Shown: positions 31,486 through 41,592 of the stretch, piece by piece
Layout: the number at the start of each line of letters is the position of its first letter
Position numbering within the stretch: position 1 is the first letter of the stretch
DNA from: Elusimicrobiota bacterium
Lineage (GTDB): Bacteria > Elusimicrobiota > Elusimicrobia > F11
NCBI GenBank assembly: GCA_046153645.1
Contig: JBJXGI010000042.1
Span: 32,001 to 96,000, forward strand
DNA: 64,000 nucleotides
Direction of reading: 5' to 3'
The notes under the pieces: generated by a model
Database searches by the model: none
What the model was told of the DNA's origin: nothing
What the model saw: the letters and a program-made list of their open reading frames with translations, nothing else
Translations under genes and position numbers: made by a program

Positions 31486-32526
31486 TCAAATAATACCTTT
31501 GGCCACCAATTCTTCGGCAATTTGAACTGCGTTTAAAGCAGCACCCTTCAATAAATTATCTGATACAACCCACAAAGAGAGACCTTTCTCAGTAGCCAGG
31601 TCCCTACGTACTCGACCGACAAATGTTTCGTATTTTCCGGAAGCGAAAATTGGCATGGGATAAATTCCCTTCTCAGGCTCGTCCTGAACAATAACTCCAG
31701 GAGCATTTCGAAGTAAAGAAAGAGCCTCTGTCACACTTACAGGTTTTTCAGTCTCAATCCAAATTGCTTCAGAATGGGAACGAAAGACCGGGACACGAAC
31801 ACAAGTGGCAGAAACTTCGATTGATTCAGATTCCATTATTTTCTTGGTTTCAAAAACCATCTTCATTTCTTCTTTGGTATAGCCATTATCAGTAAAAACA
31901 TCAATTTGTGGGACCAAATTAAGTGCAATTTGATGTGGAATCTTAGCTGGAGCAGGAATACTCTCTCCCTTAGCCCAGGCTTTAGTTTGATTCTCTAAAT
32001 CTTGAATTCCTTTGCCTCCAGCACCAGAAACAGCTTGGTAGGTGGCAACTCGAATTTTTTTAATAACAAAAGCATCATGCAAAGGCTTCAGAGCTACGAC
32101 CATTTGAATGGTGGAACAATTCGGATTCGCAATTATTTTTTTATCTTTCGATAGGCAATGGGAATTAACCTCAGGAACAACGAGGGGTATGGCAGGATCC
32201 ATTCTCCAAGCACTGGAATTATCAATAACAAATGTTCCATTTTTTGAAAATAGCGGAGCCAATTCTTTACTTGCTGTAGCCCCAGCAGAAAAAATAGCGA
32301 CATCTAAACCTAAAATTGATTGATTATCAATTGTTTTAATTAAAATCTCTTTGCCATTGAACTTCGTTTTTTTTCCGAGAGACCGTTCACTTGCAAATAG
32401 CTTAAGTTCAGCAATAGGGAATTTTCTATCTTCCAGGGTTTTAATCATTTCTAAACCAACTGCCCCAGTAGCACCTACAACCGCAACATTAAATGTTTTT
32501 TTATTCGTTTTAATCATTGTTTCCAT
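31486..32526 (-). CDS. asd: Aspartate-semialdehyde dehydrogenase
   Basis: GATGAVG, NPNCST, QAVSGAG and DNLLKGAALNAVQIAE. Confidence 0.96.
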   Translation of the reverse strand: METMIKTNKKTFNVAVVGATGAVGLEMIKTLEDRKFPIAELKLFASERSLGKKTKFNGKEILIKTIDNQSILGLDVAIFSAGATASKELAPLFSKNGTFVIDNSSAWRMDPAIPLVVPEVNSHCLSKDKKIIANPNCSTIQMVVALKPLHDAFVIKKIRVATYQAVSGAGGKGIQDLENQTKAWAKGESIPAPAKIPHQIALNLVPQIDVFTDNGYTKEEMKMVFETKKIMESESIEVSATCVRVPVFRSHSEAIWIETEKPVSVTEALSLLRNAPGVIVQDEPEKGIYPMPIFASGKYETFVGRVRRDLATEKGLSLWVVSDNLLKGAALNAVQIAEELVAKGII

Positions 32527-32625
32527 ATAATATTTATTGATGAAATTATTCAGGATCTAAGCACGAAGGTTATCGAAATTCAATAAAGGAAAGTCGCAAC
32601 AACATCGGCAGAAAATGCGAAAAAG

Positions 32626-32634
32626 ATTATAGCA
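32626..32634 (-). promoter_or_regulatory. Extended -10 promoter for asd
   Basis: TGCTATAAT on the minus strand about 100 nt upstream of asd. Confidence 0.55.
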
Positions 32635-32699
32635 TAGAGTGCGAATTTTTATAAGAGAAATATCGATTTTTTTATACTTATTTTTGATATTGTTTTTAT

Positions 32700-33242
32700 A
32701 TGAAAAATCACTTTATTATTTGGGCTTTTGGGCCAGACAAACCTGGAATAGTTGCCGAAATTACAAAATTTCTATTCGAAGAAGAATGCAATCTTGAAGA
32801 CTCTTCAATGATGCGACTTGGTTCAGAATTCGGAATCTTTATGATTTTTACTGGACCCAAAAAAATATTAAACACTAAAAATAAAGAAAGAATAAAAAAG
32901 ATTGAATTTCACTTTCGCTTTAATATTGGAATAAAAGAAATTTCGAAAAAAGAAGCTAAATCTAACAAGATAAAAACAAACTCTTATATCGTCAAAGTGA
33001 CAGGACCTGACACTGCCGGAATCGTCTTTAAAATCACTTCCATTTTGGCAAAATTTGGTTTTAATATTTCAGATCTCTCAACCCATCGAACCAATTATAA
33101 AGGAAAGCCGGGATATATTTTATTCATTGAAGGAGAAATTAAAGCAGGGACATTCGCCTTTATAGATGGGGAACTAAAAAAAATGAGTAAAAACCTAAAT
33201 ATTCATGCTGATATCAAACCAATAGAAGTCGCCGCGTTATAA
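32700..33242 (+). CDS. Tandem ACT-domain protein (GcvR-like)
   Basis: GPDKPGIV...CNLEDSSM and GPDTAGIV...NISDL. Confidence 0.85.
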   Translation: MKNHFIIWAFGPDKPGIVAEITKFLFEEECNLEDSSMMRLGSEFGIFMIFTGPKKILNTKNKERIKKIEFHFRFNIGIKEISKKEAKSNKIKTNSYIVKVTGPDTAGIVFKITSILAKFGFNISDLSTHRTNYKGKPGYILFIEGEIKAGTFAFIDGELKKMSKNLNIHADIKPIEVAAL

Positions 33243-33764
33243 ATGACTGTCGAATCAATTCGTCTGTTTCCAGAGCCTGTTTTATCTACTCCTTGTCAAA
33301 AAATTACTTCTTTTGACGATCAACTTTATAATTTGGCTAAAAACTTAGAAGAAACTCTTTATCATTCTCCTGGTGTTGGATTGGCTGCTCCGCAAATTGG
33401 AGTTTCACTTCAAATAGCGGTCATTGATGTGGGGCGAAAACAAACAAAAAAAACTGCTGAGCCAAACCATGGATTTCTAACAATAATAAATCCTGTCATT
33501 CTGACAGGTGAGGGAACGCAAATCCCAAGAGAGGGTTGTTTGTCCGTTCCTGATTTACTAGCCAACGTTAATAGATTTCAAAAAGTACACATACAGTATC
33601 AAGATTTATTGGGAGCAAAACAAGAAATAATTGTCGAGGGCTTTGAAGCTCTTGCTTTTCAACATGAAATAGACCATTTAAATGGGCTTCTTTTTTTAGA
33701 CCGAGTTACCAATATAAAAACTGATATTTTCAGAAGAAAAAAAGATCGCCAAAAACACACCTAA
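33243..33764 (+). CDS. def: Peptide deformylase
   Basis: GVGLAAPQIG, EGCLS and QHEIDHLNG. Confidence 0.96.
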   Translation: MTVESIRLFPEPVLSTPCQKITSFDDQLYNLAKNLEETLYHSPGVGLAAPQIGVSLQIAVIDVGRKQTKKTAEPNHGFLTIINPVILTGEGTQIPREGCLSVPDLLANVNRFQKVHIQYQDLLGAKQEIIVEGFEALAFQHEIDHLNGLLFLDRVTNIKTDIFRRKKDRQKHT

Positions 33765-33801
33765 AAAACAACTTGTTTTTAAATCTTCCGACGGAAAATT
33801 A

Positions 33802-33831
33802 TTGGCAAGAATTTCATCTCACCGATACACT
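33802..33831 (+). promoter_or_regulatory. Putative sigma70-type promoter of the GAF gene
   Basis: TTGGCA-N18-TACACT, followed by GAGG RBS before GTG at 33868. Confidence 0.4.
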
Positions 33832-33867
33832 TAAATCTATTCAAAACAAGGATAAGGATGAGGTACA

Positions 33868-35541
33868 GTGAATTTCCCTAAATTTAAAGATTTATTTTCA
33901 CTTTGGTTTCCCATGGCAACACCCGCTGCATCTGAAGAGAACGTGGTTGAAGACTTCACTGTTCTCAACGCAGAAACCGACCTGTACAATGAAAATTCTC
34001 GATTAATAAAATCAAAAAATAACGAACAAAATAACGTATTTCAAAAAATTAGATTTGATAATTTTATACGTCTTTGTACGGCATTGCCGGTATTTGTGGT
34101 TTCAGTTCTCTTATGGTGGGGTGGGGCTTTAAACCATATTTTCGCTATAACAATTACATTTATCTTGTTTAGTTTTGTTCAATTTACTGCTTGTTTGTTT
34201 TTTCTCCAAACTAAAAAACCCAAAGTATTAGATACATTTTTATGCTCTATGGATTTAGTGGCCATGGGAACGGGTATACACTTGACGGGGGGAATGAATA
34301 GCCCTCTTATGTTTATGTTTTTCATTCCATTTATCATTCAAGCCTTCCATCGTAATTGGAAAATGATCATATTTTACGGAATTGGCGGAATCATCGTTTT
34401 AAGTCTCGTAGAACTTTTCTCACTTGAGCCAAAATCATCTTTTCCCATATTAGACTTCACAGCCAGAGTTTTCTTTCACGCTCTGACCACAACCATCGCT
34501 GCTTTAGGAGTTTATTTGTTAGAAAAAAAAGAAGTGGGGGATGCCATTGGACTATCTCGACTGAGATTGATTAATAGAATTACTCAAAGATTAAATCACG
34601 TACAAGCCTATAGTGACGTTCTTTTTACCTCCAGAGAAATTTTAGATTTATTGCAATCAGAGTGGGGAAACTCATATTGGTTTCAATTCCTACTGATTGA
34701 AGAAGATGGTTTTAACTTGAAAAACATTTCATCAAAGAAGAACTCTGATTGGGATATCTTAGAACAAGAATCGTATAAAGTTTTTGTTAATTCATTCGAA
34801 AACAAAATACTTTCTATACAGAAATTCGAGGAAACACTAAAAACAGGGGAACATTTTTCCATTTTAGGTTCGTATCAACTTTTTTCAATTACTGGGTCTG
34901 ATAACAAACCACACGGCATTCTTGTTGTTGGTTCCAAAAAAACATCCGCTTTTTCAAGTGAAGACAACAAATTCCTACAATTCATTGTGAAATCAATAGG
35001 ATTAACACTTCAAAGGCTTTATGTTTTTGATGAATTACGAAAAATAACGGAAATGGAAAGTTGTGCCGCGGCAATAAACCTAAATTCAAGTCGAAGCATA
35101 AACTTAGTTTATAGTTCAATTATTGAAGGGATCCTTTCTGTCATTAACGCAGATCAAGCTTGCCTTATGATGTGGAGCAACGAAACTCAAACTCTTACTC
35201 CTATAGAAGCAAAAGGCCCTTACGCTCAAAAAGAACTTGAAATTAAATTCCCAATGGGAGAGGGGATTTTAAATCATGTGTTAAAAACAGGGGAAGTTAT
35301 TTTCTGCAACGGGGTGATAGAAGATAAAATTTATCAATCTCAAAAAATACCTATGAAATCTTTTATTTGTCTCCCTTTATGGAATGTAAGAGGAAAACCC
35401 ATCGGAGTTATTACAGCTATGAAATTCATTGAAGAGAAAGGATTTTCAAGCACTGAAATTGGCGTGGCTGCCACTTTTGCCGCTCGTTGCTCCGTTGCGC
35501 TCGAAAATGCCATTAACCAACCACAAAAAATGGCCGCTTAA
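33868..35541 (+). CDS. Membrane sensor-like protein: about 6 TM helices plus two GAF domains, no output domain
   Basis: TGGMNSP membrane motif; GAF signatures GILVVGS..AFSSED.KFL and SFICLPL..IGVI...FS......ALENA. Confidence 0.75.
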   Translation: MNFPKFKDLFSLWFPMATPAASEENVVEDFTVLNAETDLYNENSRLIKSKNNEQNNVFQKIRFDNFIRLCTALPVFVVSVLLWWGGALNHIFAITITFILFSFVQFTACLFFLQTKKPKVLDTFLCSMDLVAMGTGIHLTGGMNSPLMFMFFIPFIIQAFHRNWKMIIFYGIGGIIVLSLVELFSLEPKSSFPILDFTARVFFHALTTTIAALGVYLLEKKEVGDAIGLSRLRLINRITQRLNHVQAYSDVLFTSREILDLLQSEWGNSYWFQFLLIEEDGFNLKNISSKKNSDWDILEQESYKVFVNSFENKILSIQKFEETLKTGEHFSILGSYQLFSITGSDNKPHGILVVGSKKTSAFSSEDNKFLQFIVKSIGLTLQRLYVFDELRKITEMESCAAAINLNSSRSINLVYSSIIEGILSVINADQACLMMWSNETQTLTPIEAKGPYAQKELEIKFPMGEGILNHVLKTGEVIFCNGVIEDKIYQSQKIPMKSFICLPLWNVRGKPIGVITAMKFIEEKGFSSTEIGVAATFAARCSVALENAINQPQKMAA

Positions 35542-36812
35542 TTTTTCTTTTTCTCAGATTTTTTATCTAATTTTTTATCGGTTTTTTTATCGACAGGTAT
35601 TGAATCTTCCTTGGGATCGGGTTTCATTTTATATTGAGAAAAAGGTTTTTCAGCGCCAAACGAATTTTCGTTTCCCGAAGGCAAATAGGCCGCCTTGGTA
35701 TAACGACAGAGTGGATTCCAAATAAGCCACTCTCCGACACCCTGATCAGCGGATGCTTCAATTTGATCACGAACATGATTTGCTGTGTATTTAACTCCTA
35801 AACTAAAATCCTGAAGCCAAGGCCGCAGCTGAACTGGTGAATTTTTTAAGACTTTCTTCGTGTCTTTGATACTTCGGTAAATTGTCTCGTACGGGCTAGA
35901 ATTTGGATCTTTTAAACCAAATTCTCCAGGGTAATAGTGTGATGGATACATCATGGGTGAAATAATATCCACATGAGAAATCATGCGATCCATTTTTTGT
36001 CCTATTCCCATATCATCATCATAAGATCCTGTCAGGCCAAAAACATCAATAGAAAAAGGTGTGTTCAGAGCCTTCATTCTTTTATGTGTTGCTTCTAGGA
36101 ATTGAGCCAGCGCATCAATAGAGTTTGCTTTTGAATGTGGCTTAGAATAAACACACTGTTTTGTGGGACCATCAGAAGGAAATCGAATGTAATCAAATTG
36201 AATCTCTTGAAACCCGAGTGCGACAGCTTTTTCGGCAATGGCAATATTATAATTCCAAACATTTTTATCATAAGGGTCAGCCCATGCGGAGCCTTTCCGA
36301 TCAACCCAAATATCTTTGCGGTACCCTTTTTCAACAGCTTTAGAAATAGGAAGAGAAGATTTAATGGCCCACTCTGGTTTCCACTTAGCCACTCGATTAT
36401 CATGAAAAACCGCAATTCTCGCAATACAATAAATTCCTCGCTCTTTTAAAAATTGAAGATATTCTTTGATATCTGGCATTGCTTTAACAAAATTCTCTTT
36501 ACCATCTAATTTCACACCAGGAATATAAACCTCTCCATCTGATTCTTTTACATCAATAACAACTGTGTTAATTTCTGTATCGGCGAGGAGTCTTTCAAAA
36601 CGGGGTCTTAATTTTTTACTTCCTGTAACCCAAGAGGTTAAATGAATTCCTTTTACACAAGGGGGAGGGCCATCAATGGCATCGCCCCATAAAACAATAG
36701 GCGCAGTCGATTTTTGAATTTGGGGAGAGGCTTCCTCTTGAGCATTAGACGAGCATCCAATAACCCCCAAGCTAAAAAGAGCTAAAAATAGAAAGGCAGA
36801 ATTTTTTTTCAA
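35538..36812 (-). CDS. Putative glycoside hydrolase lipoprotein (DUF4015-like)
   Basis: Lipobox VIGC; NTVVIDVK, EIQFDYIRFP, SPMMYPSH and RPWLQDF. Confidence 0.82.
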   Translation of the reverse strand: MKKNSAFLFLALFSLGVIGCSSNAQEEASPQIQKSTAPIVLWGDAIDGPPPCVKGIHLTSWVTGSKKLRPRFERLLADTEINTVVIDVKESDGEVYIPGVKLDGKENFVKAMPDIKEYLQFLKERGIYCIARIAVFHDNRVAKWKPEWAIKSSLPISKAVEKGYRKDIWVDRKGSAWADPYDKNVWNYNIAIAEKAVALGFQEIQFDYIRFPSDGPTKQCVYSKPHSKANSIDALAQFLEATHKRMKALNTPFSIDVFGLTGSYDDDMGIGQKMDRMISHVDIISPMMYPSHYYPGEFGLKDPNSSPYETIYRSIKDTKKVLKNSPVQLRPWLQDFSLGVKYTANHVRDQIEASADQGVGEWLIWNPLCRYTKAAYLPSGNENSFGAEKPFSQYKMKPDPKEDSIPVDKKTDKKLDKKSEKKKN

Positions 36813-36819
36813 GATGACT

Positions 36820-37293
36820 TTAGAGAGAGGTTTCGATTTTCAAAATTTTAAAAGTTGTTTTCCCACCAGGTAAATTAATTTCTACTTCTTCATTAACTTT
36901 ATGTCCTAATAAACCTTGTGCGATAGGGGCATGAACAGAAATTTTTCCAGCTTCAGGATCTGCTTCTTCGGTGCCAACCAACGTATATTCATATTCTTCA
37001 TTGTCACTTAAATCTTTAATTTTGACTTTCGTGCCAATAATAACTTCCCCTTTCGGGAGATCAAGATCGTCTATAATTTTAGCTTGGTTTAACTTGGTAT
37101 GAATCTCAGCAATTCTGCGAAGTGTTTCGCTCTGTTTTTCGCGCGCGAAATGATATCCGGCATTTTCTCTCAAATCTCCCTGCTCTCGGGTTTCTCCGAT
37201 TTCAATGGAAAGATCTTTCTTTCTTTGTTCTAACATTTTTAATTCCTGCATTAGCTTTTCATAGCCAGCACGGGAAACATAAGTTTCGCTCAC
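36820..37293 (-). CDS. greA: Transcription elongation factor GreA (start revised to GTG 37293)
   Basis: GDLRENAGY, IS..APIAQGLLG; AGGAG RBS before the GTG. Confidence 0.93.
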   Translation of the reverse strand: MSETYVSRAGYEKLMQELKMLEQRKKDLSIEIGETREQGDLRENAGYHFAREKQSETLRRIAEIHTKLNQAKIIDDLDLPKGEVIIGTKVKIKDLSDNEEYEYTLVGTEEADPEAGKISVHAPIAQGLLGHKVNEEVEINLPGGKTTFKILKIETSL

Positions 37294-37320
37294 AATAAAG
37301 CTCCTCAAACCTTAAATAAT

Positions 37321-39423
37321 CTACAACAGTTGTTTTTTTAACTCTTCGACTTCAGACGTCGGCTTTTGACATTGTCCATTGGCACAAACATAGACTACTG
37401 ATTTTTCTTCCGAAATCTCCAAGCTCTCAACGAATGGAATGATCTTAGCAAGTTTATTTAAAAATGTTCCATTTTCTATTGGTAAAACCATAATTCCAGG
37501 CTTTCTAAACTTAAATACCGTTTTCAGCAATTCTTGAAATTTTGATTGGCTTTTTTCCCCAATGACCACAATATGCCCAGGATTTTTTTGTATTAACAAT
37601 AACCCCTGAAGCGCATAAGAAAGACCAAGTGGATGAATATCAATTATTTTAGAGAACGCATGAAGAGTTTTTTCGCCCATCTCAACCCATTTTTGGTTTC
37701 CAGTTAAATATCCTAAACGGAGTCCATTTCTTACCGCCACCGAATTGCCAGAAGGAATCACATTATCCGTATCATCCTTCATTCTGACAATAAGATCTGG
37801 GAGAGAGGTGTTCATGAAATACCCTCCATTAATGGGATCAAAAAATAATTGATTCTGTTTCTCATGAAGGTCCATGGCCCAGGTTAACCATTCTTGATTC
37901 CCGGTTGATTCAAAAAGATTCAATAAACCTTCGACCAACATGGCATAATCAACTTGTTGCCCCAATATTTTTCGCTCGCCATCTTTCCATCGGCGATACA
38001 ATTCCTTTTTTTCGCCGTCATAAAGATTCTCTAAAATAAACCGCGCTGTCCGCTCCGCTGAGTCAATATAACTTTTATTTGAAAATACTTGCCCTGCCAC
38101 AGAAAGTGAAGAAATGAGAAGACCGTTCCATTCAGTAATGACTTTTTCGTCACGATGAGGGCGTATTCGTTTTAGCCGTTCTTTGAAAAGAATATTTTTG
38201 CATTCTGTTAAAACAGTCGATATTTCATCTTTGGATTTATTAAAACGCTGCGCAGTTTCCTCAAGGCTCTGCCCCAGGACCAGGATATTCTTTCCTAATT
38301 CACCCGAATGCGGATCCATAAAATTTCCGTTCACACTCAGACCAAAATGAAAAATAAAAATTTCGGCTTTTTGCTCAGGTAACAAGTTTGATAATTGAGC
38401 CAGCGTCCATAAATAGAAGGTCCCTTCTTGCCCCTCGCTATCTGCATCTTCACCAGAGAAAAAACCACCCTGAGAATGTTGTAAATCTCTCAAACAATAC
38501 CCAATTGATTCGTCAGTAATTCTTGTCCATTTAGCATCGCCCGTCACTTTATAAAGATGCGAACACACGCCAATTAACTGCGCATTATCATAAAGCATCT
38601 TTTCAAAGTGAGGAACAACCCACCTCTCATCAGTTGAATAACGAGCAAACCCACCACCCAACTGATCATAAAGACCGCCCTCACCCATTTTTTCCATTGT
38701 CACTTGAACCATGTGTAAAGCAGTGGGGTCTTGTGTGATCTCGTGATAATTGAGGAGAAAATTTAAATAGACTGGCATTGGGAATTTCGGCGCCTTTCCA
38801 AAACCACCATTGACTGAATCAAATAACTTTTTAAGTGATTCAAAAGCTTTTAACGAAGCCACTTCAAAAGAAGGCAGCTCATTAGATTGATTTAAATTAT
38901 ATTTTGAAGATTCTTGAATAGACTCAACAATGCTAGAGGAAGCTTCCACAACTTGGTCCTTATTATTTATATATGCCATGGCTAATTGTTCAATAACCGT
39001 TTTAAAACCAGGGCGACCATATCGATCTGAAGGAGGAAAATAGGTTCCCGCATAAAAAGGTTTGAGCTCTGGAGTTAGCCAAACGGACATAGGCCATCCT
39101 CCTGAACCTGTTAAAGCTTGAACGGCTGCCATGTAAATGGCATCAACATCCGGACGTTCTTCTCTATCAATTTTTATATTAATGAAGTGTTTATTCATCA
39201 GCTCAGCAGTTTCAACGTCTTCAAAAGATTCGTGGGCCATCACATGGCACCAATGGCAAGTTGAATACCCAATGGAAAGAAAAATGGACTTATTAAGCTC
39301 CTTGGCTTTTAAAAATGCCTCTTCACCCCACGGATACCAATCAACGGGGTTATACGCATGCTGTAATAAATAAGGACTTTTTTCATGAATAAGCCTATTC
39401 GGAGATAAAGGTAATGAATTCAT
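37321..39423 (-). CDS. YyaL/SPATA20 family thioredoxin plus six-hairpin glycosidase-like protein (DUF255)
   Basis: [27 protein letters not shown] and [11 protein letters not shown]. Confidence 0.92.
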   Translation of the reverse strand: MNSLPLSPNRLIHEKSPYLLQHAYNPVDWYPWGEEAFLKAKELNKSIFLSIGYSTCHWCHVMAHESFEDVETAELMNKHFINIKIDREERPDVDAIYMAAVQALTGSGGWPMSVWLTPELKPFYAGTYFPPSDRYGRPGFKTVIEQLAMAYINNKDQVVEASSSIVESIQESSKYNLNQSNELPSFEVASLKAFESLKKLFDSVNGGFGKAPKFPMPVYLNFLLNYHEITQDPTALHMVQVTMEKMGEGGLYDQLGGGFARYSTDERWVVPHFEKMLYDNAQLIGVCSHLYKVTGDAKWTRITDESIGYCLRDLQHSQGGFFSGEDADSEGQEGTFYLWTLAQLSNLLPEQKAEIFIFHFGLSVNGNFMDPHSGELGKNILVLGQSLEETAQRFNKSKDEISTVLTECKNILFKERLKRIRPHRDEKVITEWNGLLISSLSVAGQVFSNKSYIDSAERTARFILENLYDGEKKELYRRWKDGERKILGQQVDYAMLVEGLLNLFESTGNQEWLTWAMDLHEKQNQLFFDPINGGYFMNTSLPDLIVRMKDDTDNVIPSGNSVAVRNGLRLGYLTGNQKWVEMGEKTLHAFSKIIDIHPLGLSYALQGLLLIQKNPGHIVVIGEKSQSKFQELLKTVFKFRKPGIMVLPIENGTFLNKLAKIIPFVESLEISEEKSVVYVCANGQCQKPTSEVEELKKQLL

Positions 39424-39427
39424 TAAA

Positions 39428-41098
39428 TTATTGATAAACCCATATTTTTTCTGAAGAGCTTTTCAACTTAAACACCAAGAGGTCCTCTTTTTCAAATATT
39501 TTTTCATAACTGGGACTTTGTTCTAATTCACCAATAGACTGGGTTAATTCTTTCAACGTATAAGGAATCGAGTTCCCTTTTCGATCACAAACAATATATT
39601 CCGGGTTGGCCAGATGTTTGATTTGTAACACCCCCATATGATCTCCCACAGGAAATATTTGGACAAAACGGCGAGAATCAAAATGAGGGAGTAAATTTTG
39701 TTGCCCCGCTAGTGAAGCATCGAATGGAATTATTTTTTTTATTTCTTCAAAAGCCAAAATTTTATTTTTATGTGTAAAACGGGAAAATTTTGGAGAGCAG
39801 TAAACTCCAATAGCCGCAGTAATAAATATCGCCCCTAAACATATTTGACGTTTATTAATAAACCATGGTTTTTGGTTTAATTTCATAAATCCAAAAACAG
39901 CGCCAACAAATAAAAAAGCTTGCGAAGGCAAGGCGTAAATATCAGCTAAATTGAGTTGAGTTTGAGCTTGTGAAAGAATATGTGGGGCCAAACTTAAAAT
40001 AACGGGAATAAGAAATAAAGGAGAAAGAAGTGGCAACCCCAATACGGGGAAAATGTAACACAACGACGTAAAATATTTTTGAGGGTAATAACATAACGCC
40101 TGAAATAGGGCACCTGGATTAAAAAACATATTAATAATGATCTCTCGAGTTGTTTTACCAAAAATGGGGTAACGTTCTGCCATTAATGAAGTTTCTCCCG
40201 TTTGAATAAACGTGGGAATAAAAAATTTAAATTGATATATAAAAATTCCCAGCGCGCACAATATTAAACAAAAGCCGACCTTTTTCCAGCCTTTTTGAAA
40301 AACGAGAAAAATACCAAAACCAGTTAAAACAATTGAAACATCTTCCTTGGCGAAAAGCGCAAATAGCGCAAATAAAAAAGTGGCCACCTTTTTTCCAGAT
40401 ATCCAAGCCAACAATGCCAAAAAAAGCATCGGGATTTGCCATGAATCAGGATGAAAGTCATTTTGAATATTGTGCGCAATGTAAGGTGAAGACGCATAAA
40501 GTAAAAACCCAATTAATGAATAGGAAAAAGAACCTGTTAGTTTTTTTATAATTAATCCCAATACCGGAATTCCACTGGCAATAAATAAAGCCTGAAAAAC
40601 CAAAAGCACTTCTGCCCCAGGATAAAATTTATAGAAAAAAGAAATGGGCCATAAAATCCAATTGGTATGAATGGCCATAAAACATTGCTCTAAAAGAGAA
40701 GAGTAAAACCAATGCCCATAGGCTGTATTGAAACAAATATTGGAAAAAAACCCCAAATCCAGCGCGTGTGTTTGCAAAGAGGTGTGAGCGTAAAGTTTAT
40801 AACTAACAACACCAGAAACATAACAACACCACAGAAGAAAAAACAAAATGACCTGCCTCTGTAAACTTAATTGGTCTAAATATTGTCTCAATTGAGAAAA
40901 GAAAGTTATCCCGTTTTTAAAAAAAATAACCCATAAACCCACAAGGGCTAGAATAATAATAATGAATGTTTTAAGTGAACGAATCGAAAGAGGACTACCG
41001 AAAAATTCCGTTTGAATAGAAAAGTGCCAAGGAAAAAGGGCGTTGAAAATACCCAGAAAAATAATAACGAAAATCATCAAATAAAAATATTTTTTCAA
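39428..41098 (-). CDS. DUF2079 family multi-TM protein (GT-C-like); start revised to TTG 41098 or ATG 41077
   Basis: DLGFF, DFHPD and KED motifs, many TM helices; the ORF-track start at 41212 lies inside the tRNA. Confidence 0.78.
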   Translation of the reverse strand: MKKYFYLMIFVIIFLGIFNALFPWHFSIQTEFFGSPLSIRSLKTFIIIILALVGLWVIFFKNGITFFSQLRQYLDQLSLQRQVILFFLLWCCYVSGVVSYKLYAHTSLQTHALDLGFFSNICFNTAYGHWFYSSLLEQCFMAIHTNWILWPISFFYKFYPGAEVLLVFQALFIASGIPVLGLIIKKLTGSFSYSLIGFLLYASSPYIAHNIQNDFHPDSWQIPMLFLALLAWISGKKVATFLFALFALFAKEDVSIVLTGFGIFLVFQKGWKKVGFCLILCALGIFIYQFKFFIPTFIQTGETSLMAERYPIFGKTTREIIINMFFNPGALFQALCYYPQKYFTSLCYIFPVLGLPLLSPLFLIPVILSLAPHILSQAQTQLNLADIYALPSQAFLFVGAVFGFMKLNQKPWFINKRQICLGAIFITAAIGVYCSPKFSRFTHKNKILAFEEIKKIIPFDASLAGQQNLLPHFDSRRFVQIFPVGDHMGVLQIKHLANPEYIVCDRKGNSIPYTLKELTQSIGELEQSPSYEKIFEKEDLLVFKLKSSSEKIWVYQ

Positions 41099-41153
41099 TT
41101 GAGAACGCTTCCAGTTTAAATATTGAATTGGGTATAGACCAAGAAATTTGGAA

Positions 41154-41244
41154 CGGAGGGGGGGGGATTCGAACCCCCGATATAGCTTTTCAACCATATA
41201 GCGGTTTAGCAAACCGCCGCACTAGGCCACTATGCGACCCCTCC
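41154..41244 (-). tRNA. tRNA-Ser(GCT), CCA not encoded
   Basis: Acceptor stem GGAGGGG/CCCCTCC-G; anticodon arm GCGGT-TTGCTAA-ACCGC; long variable arm; T arm GGGGG-TTCGAAT-CCCCC. Confidence 0.96.
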
Positions 41245-41298
41245 AAAAGAAATCATTATAAACTATTTTCTTAAGCTATGATAAAAAGAGATTATTCT

Positions 41299-41592
41299 TC
41301 AGTCTCTTAATCCTTCTTGCATATAATCAACCACGAGATTAATGATTTGTTTAACGGTCTGACTACAAGATTTGAAAGATATCCGTTCAAGAACTTCAAA
41401 ACCATAATTTCGAAAAATATCACTGATAAGCGCGTGAATAAAAGACTGGGTTGCAGTGTCTACCTTATCGAAATCAAGGACAACATCTTCATTTTTGTTA
41501 AGAGCAGGAACAATATCATTTAAGCGAATATTTCTTGCCACATCTTTGTTTTCGGCGAAGGCACCCGCCTTATCAAAAATGGAAATGTTCAT
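41299..41592 (-). CDS. STAS-like domain protein (DUF4325-like)
   Basis: VVLDFDKVDTATQSFIHALI; ATGA overlap with the upstream HATPase gene. Confidence 0.8.
   Translation of the reverse strand: MNISIFDKAGAFAENKDVARNIRLNDIVPALNKNEDVVLDFDKVDTATQSFIHALISDIFRNYGFEVLERISFKSCSQTVKQIINLVVDYMQEGLRD

Noticed and set aside
32527..32625. Possible lysine riboswitch or attenuator in the asd leader
   Set aside because: About 100 nt, AT-rich, too short, and lacking recognisable riboswitch or terminator structure
33764..33796. Short palindromes AAAAACAA-C-TTGTTTTT and TTCCG-A-CGGAA after def
   Set aside because: One-nucleotide loops and low complexity; cannot distinguish an operator or terminator from chance in AT-rich DNA
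41158..41166. G9 homopolymer as a phase-variation tract
   Set aside because: It is the tRNA T-stem plus acceptor stem, and its length is structurally required
41099..41212. N-terminal extension of the DUF2079-like ORF (MLNRYMVEKLYRGFESPPLR...)
   Set aside because: It is a translation of the tRNA-Ser gene and its trailer; the real start is TTG 41098 or ATG 41077
41154..41244. tRNA-Ser as the attachment site of an integrative element
   Set aside because: No integrase in the window and I found no duplicate of the tRNA 3' end; accessory genes lie on both sides
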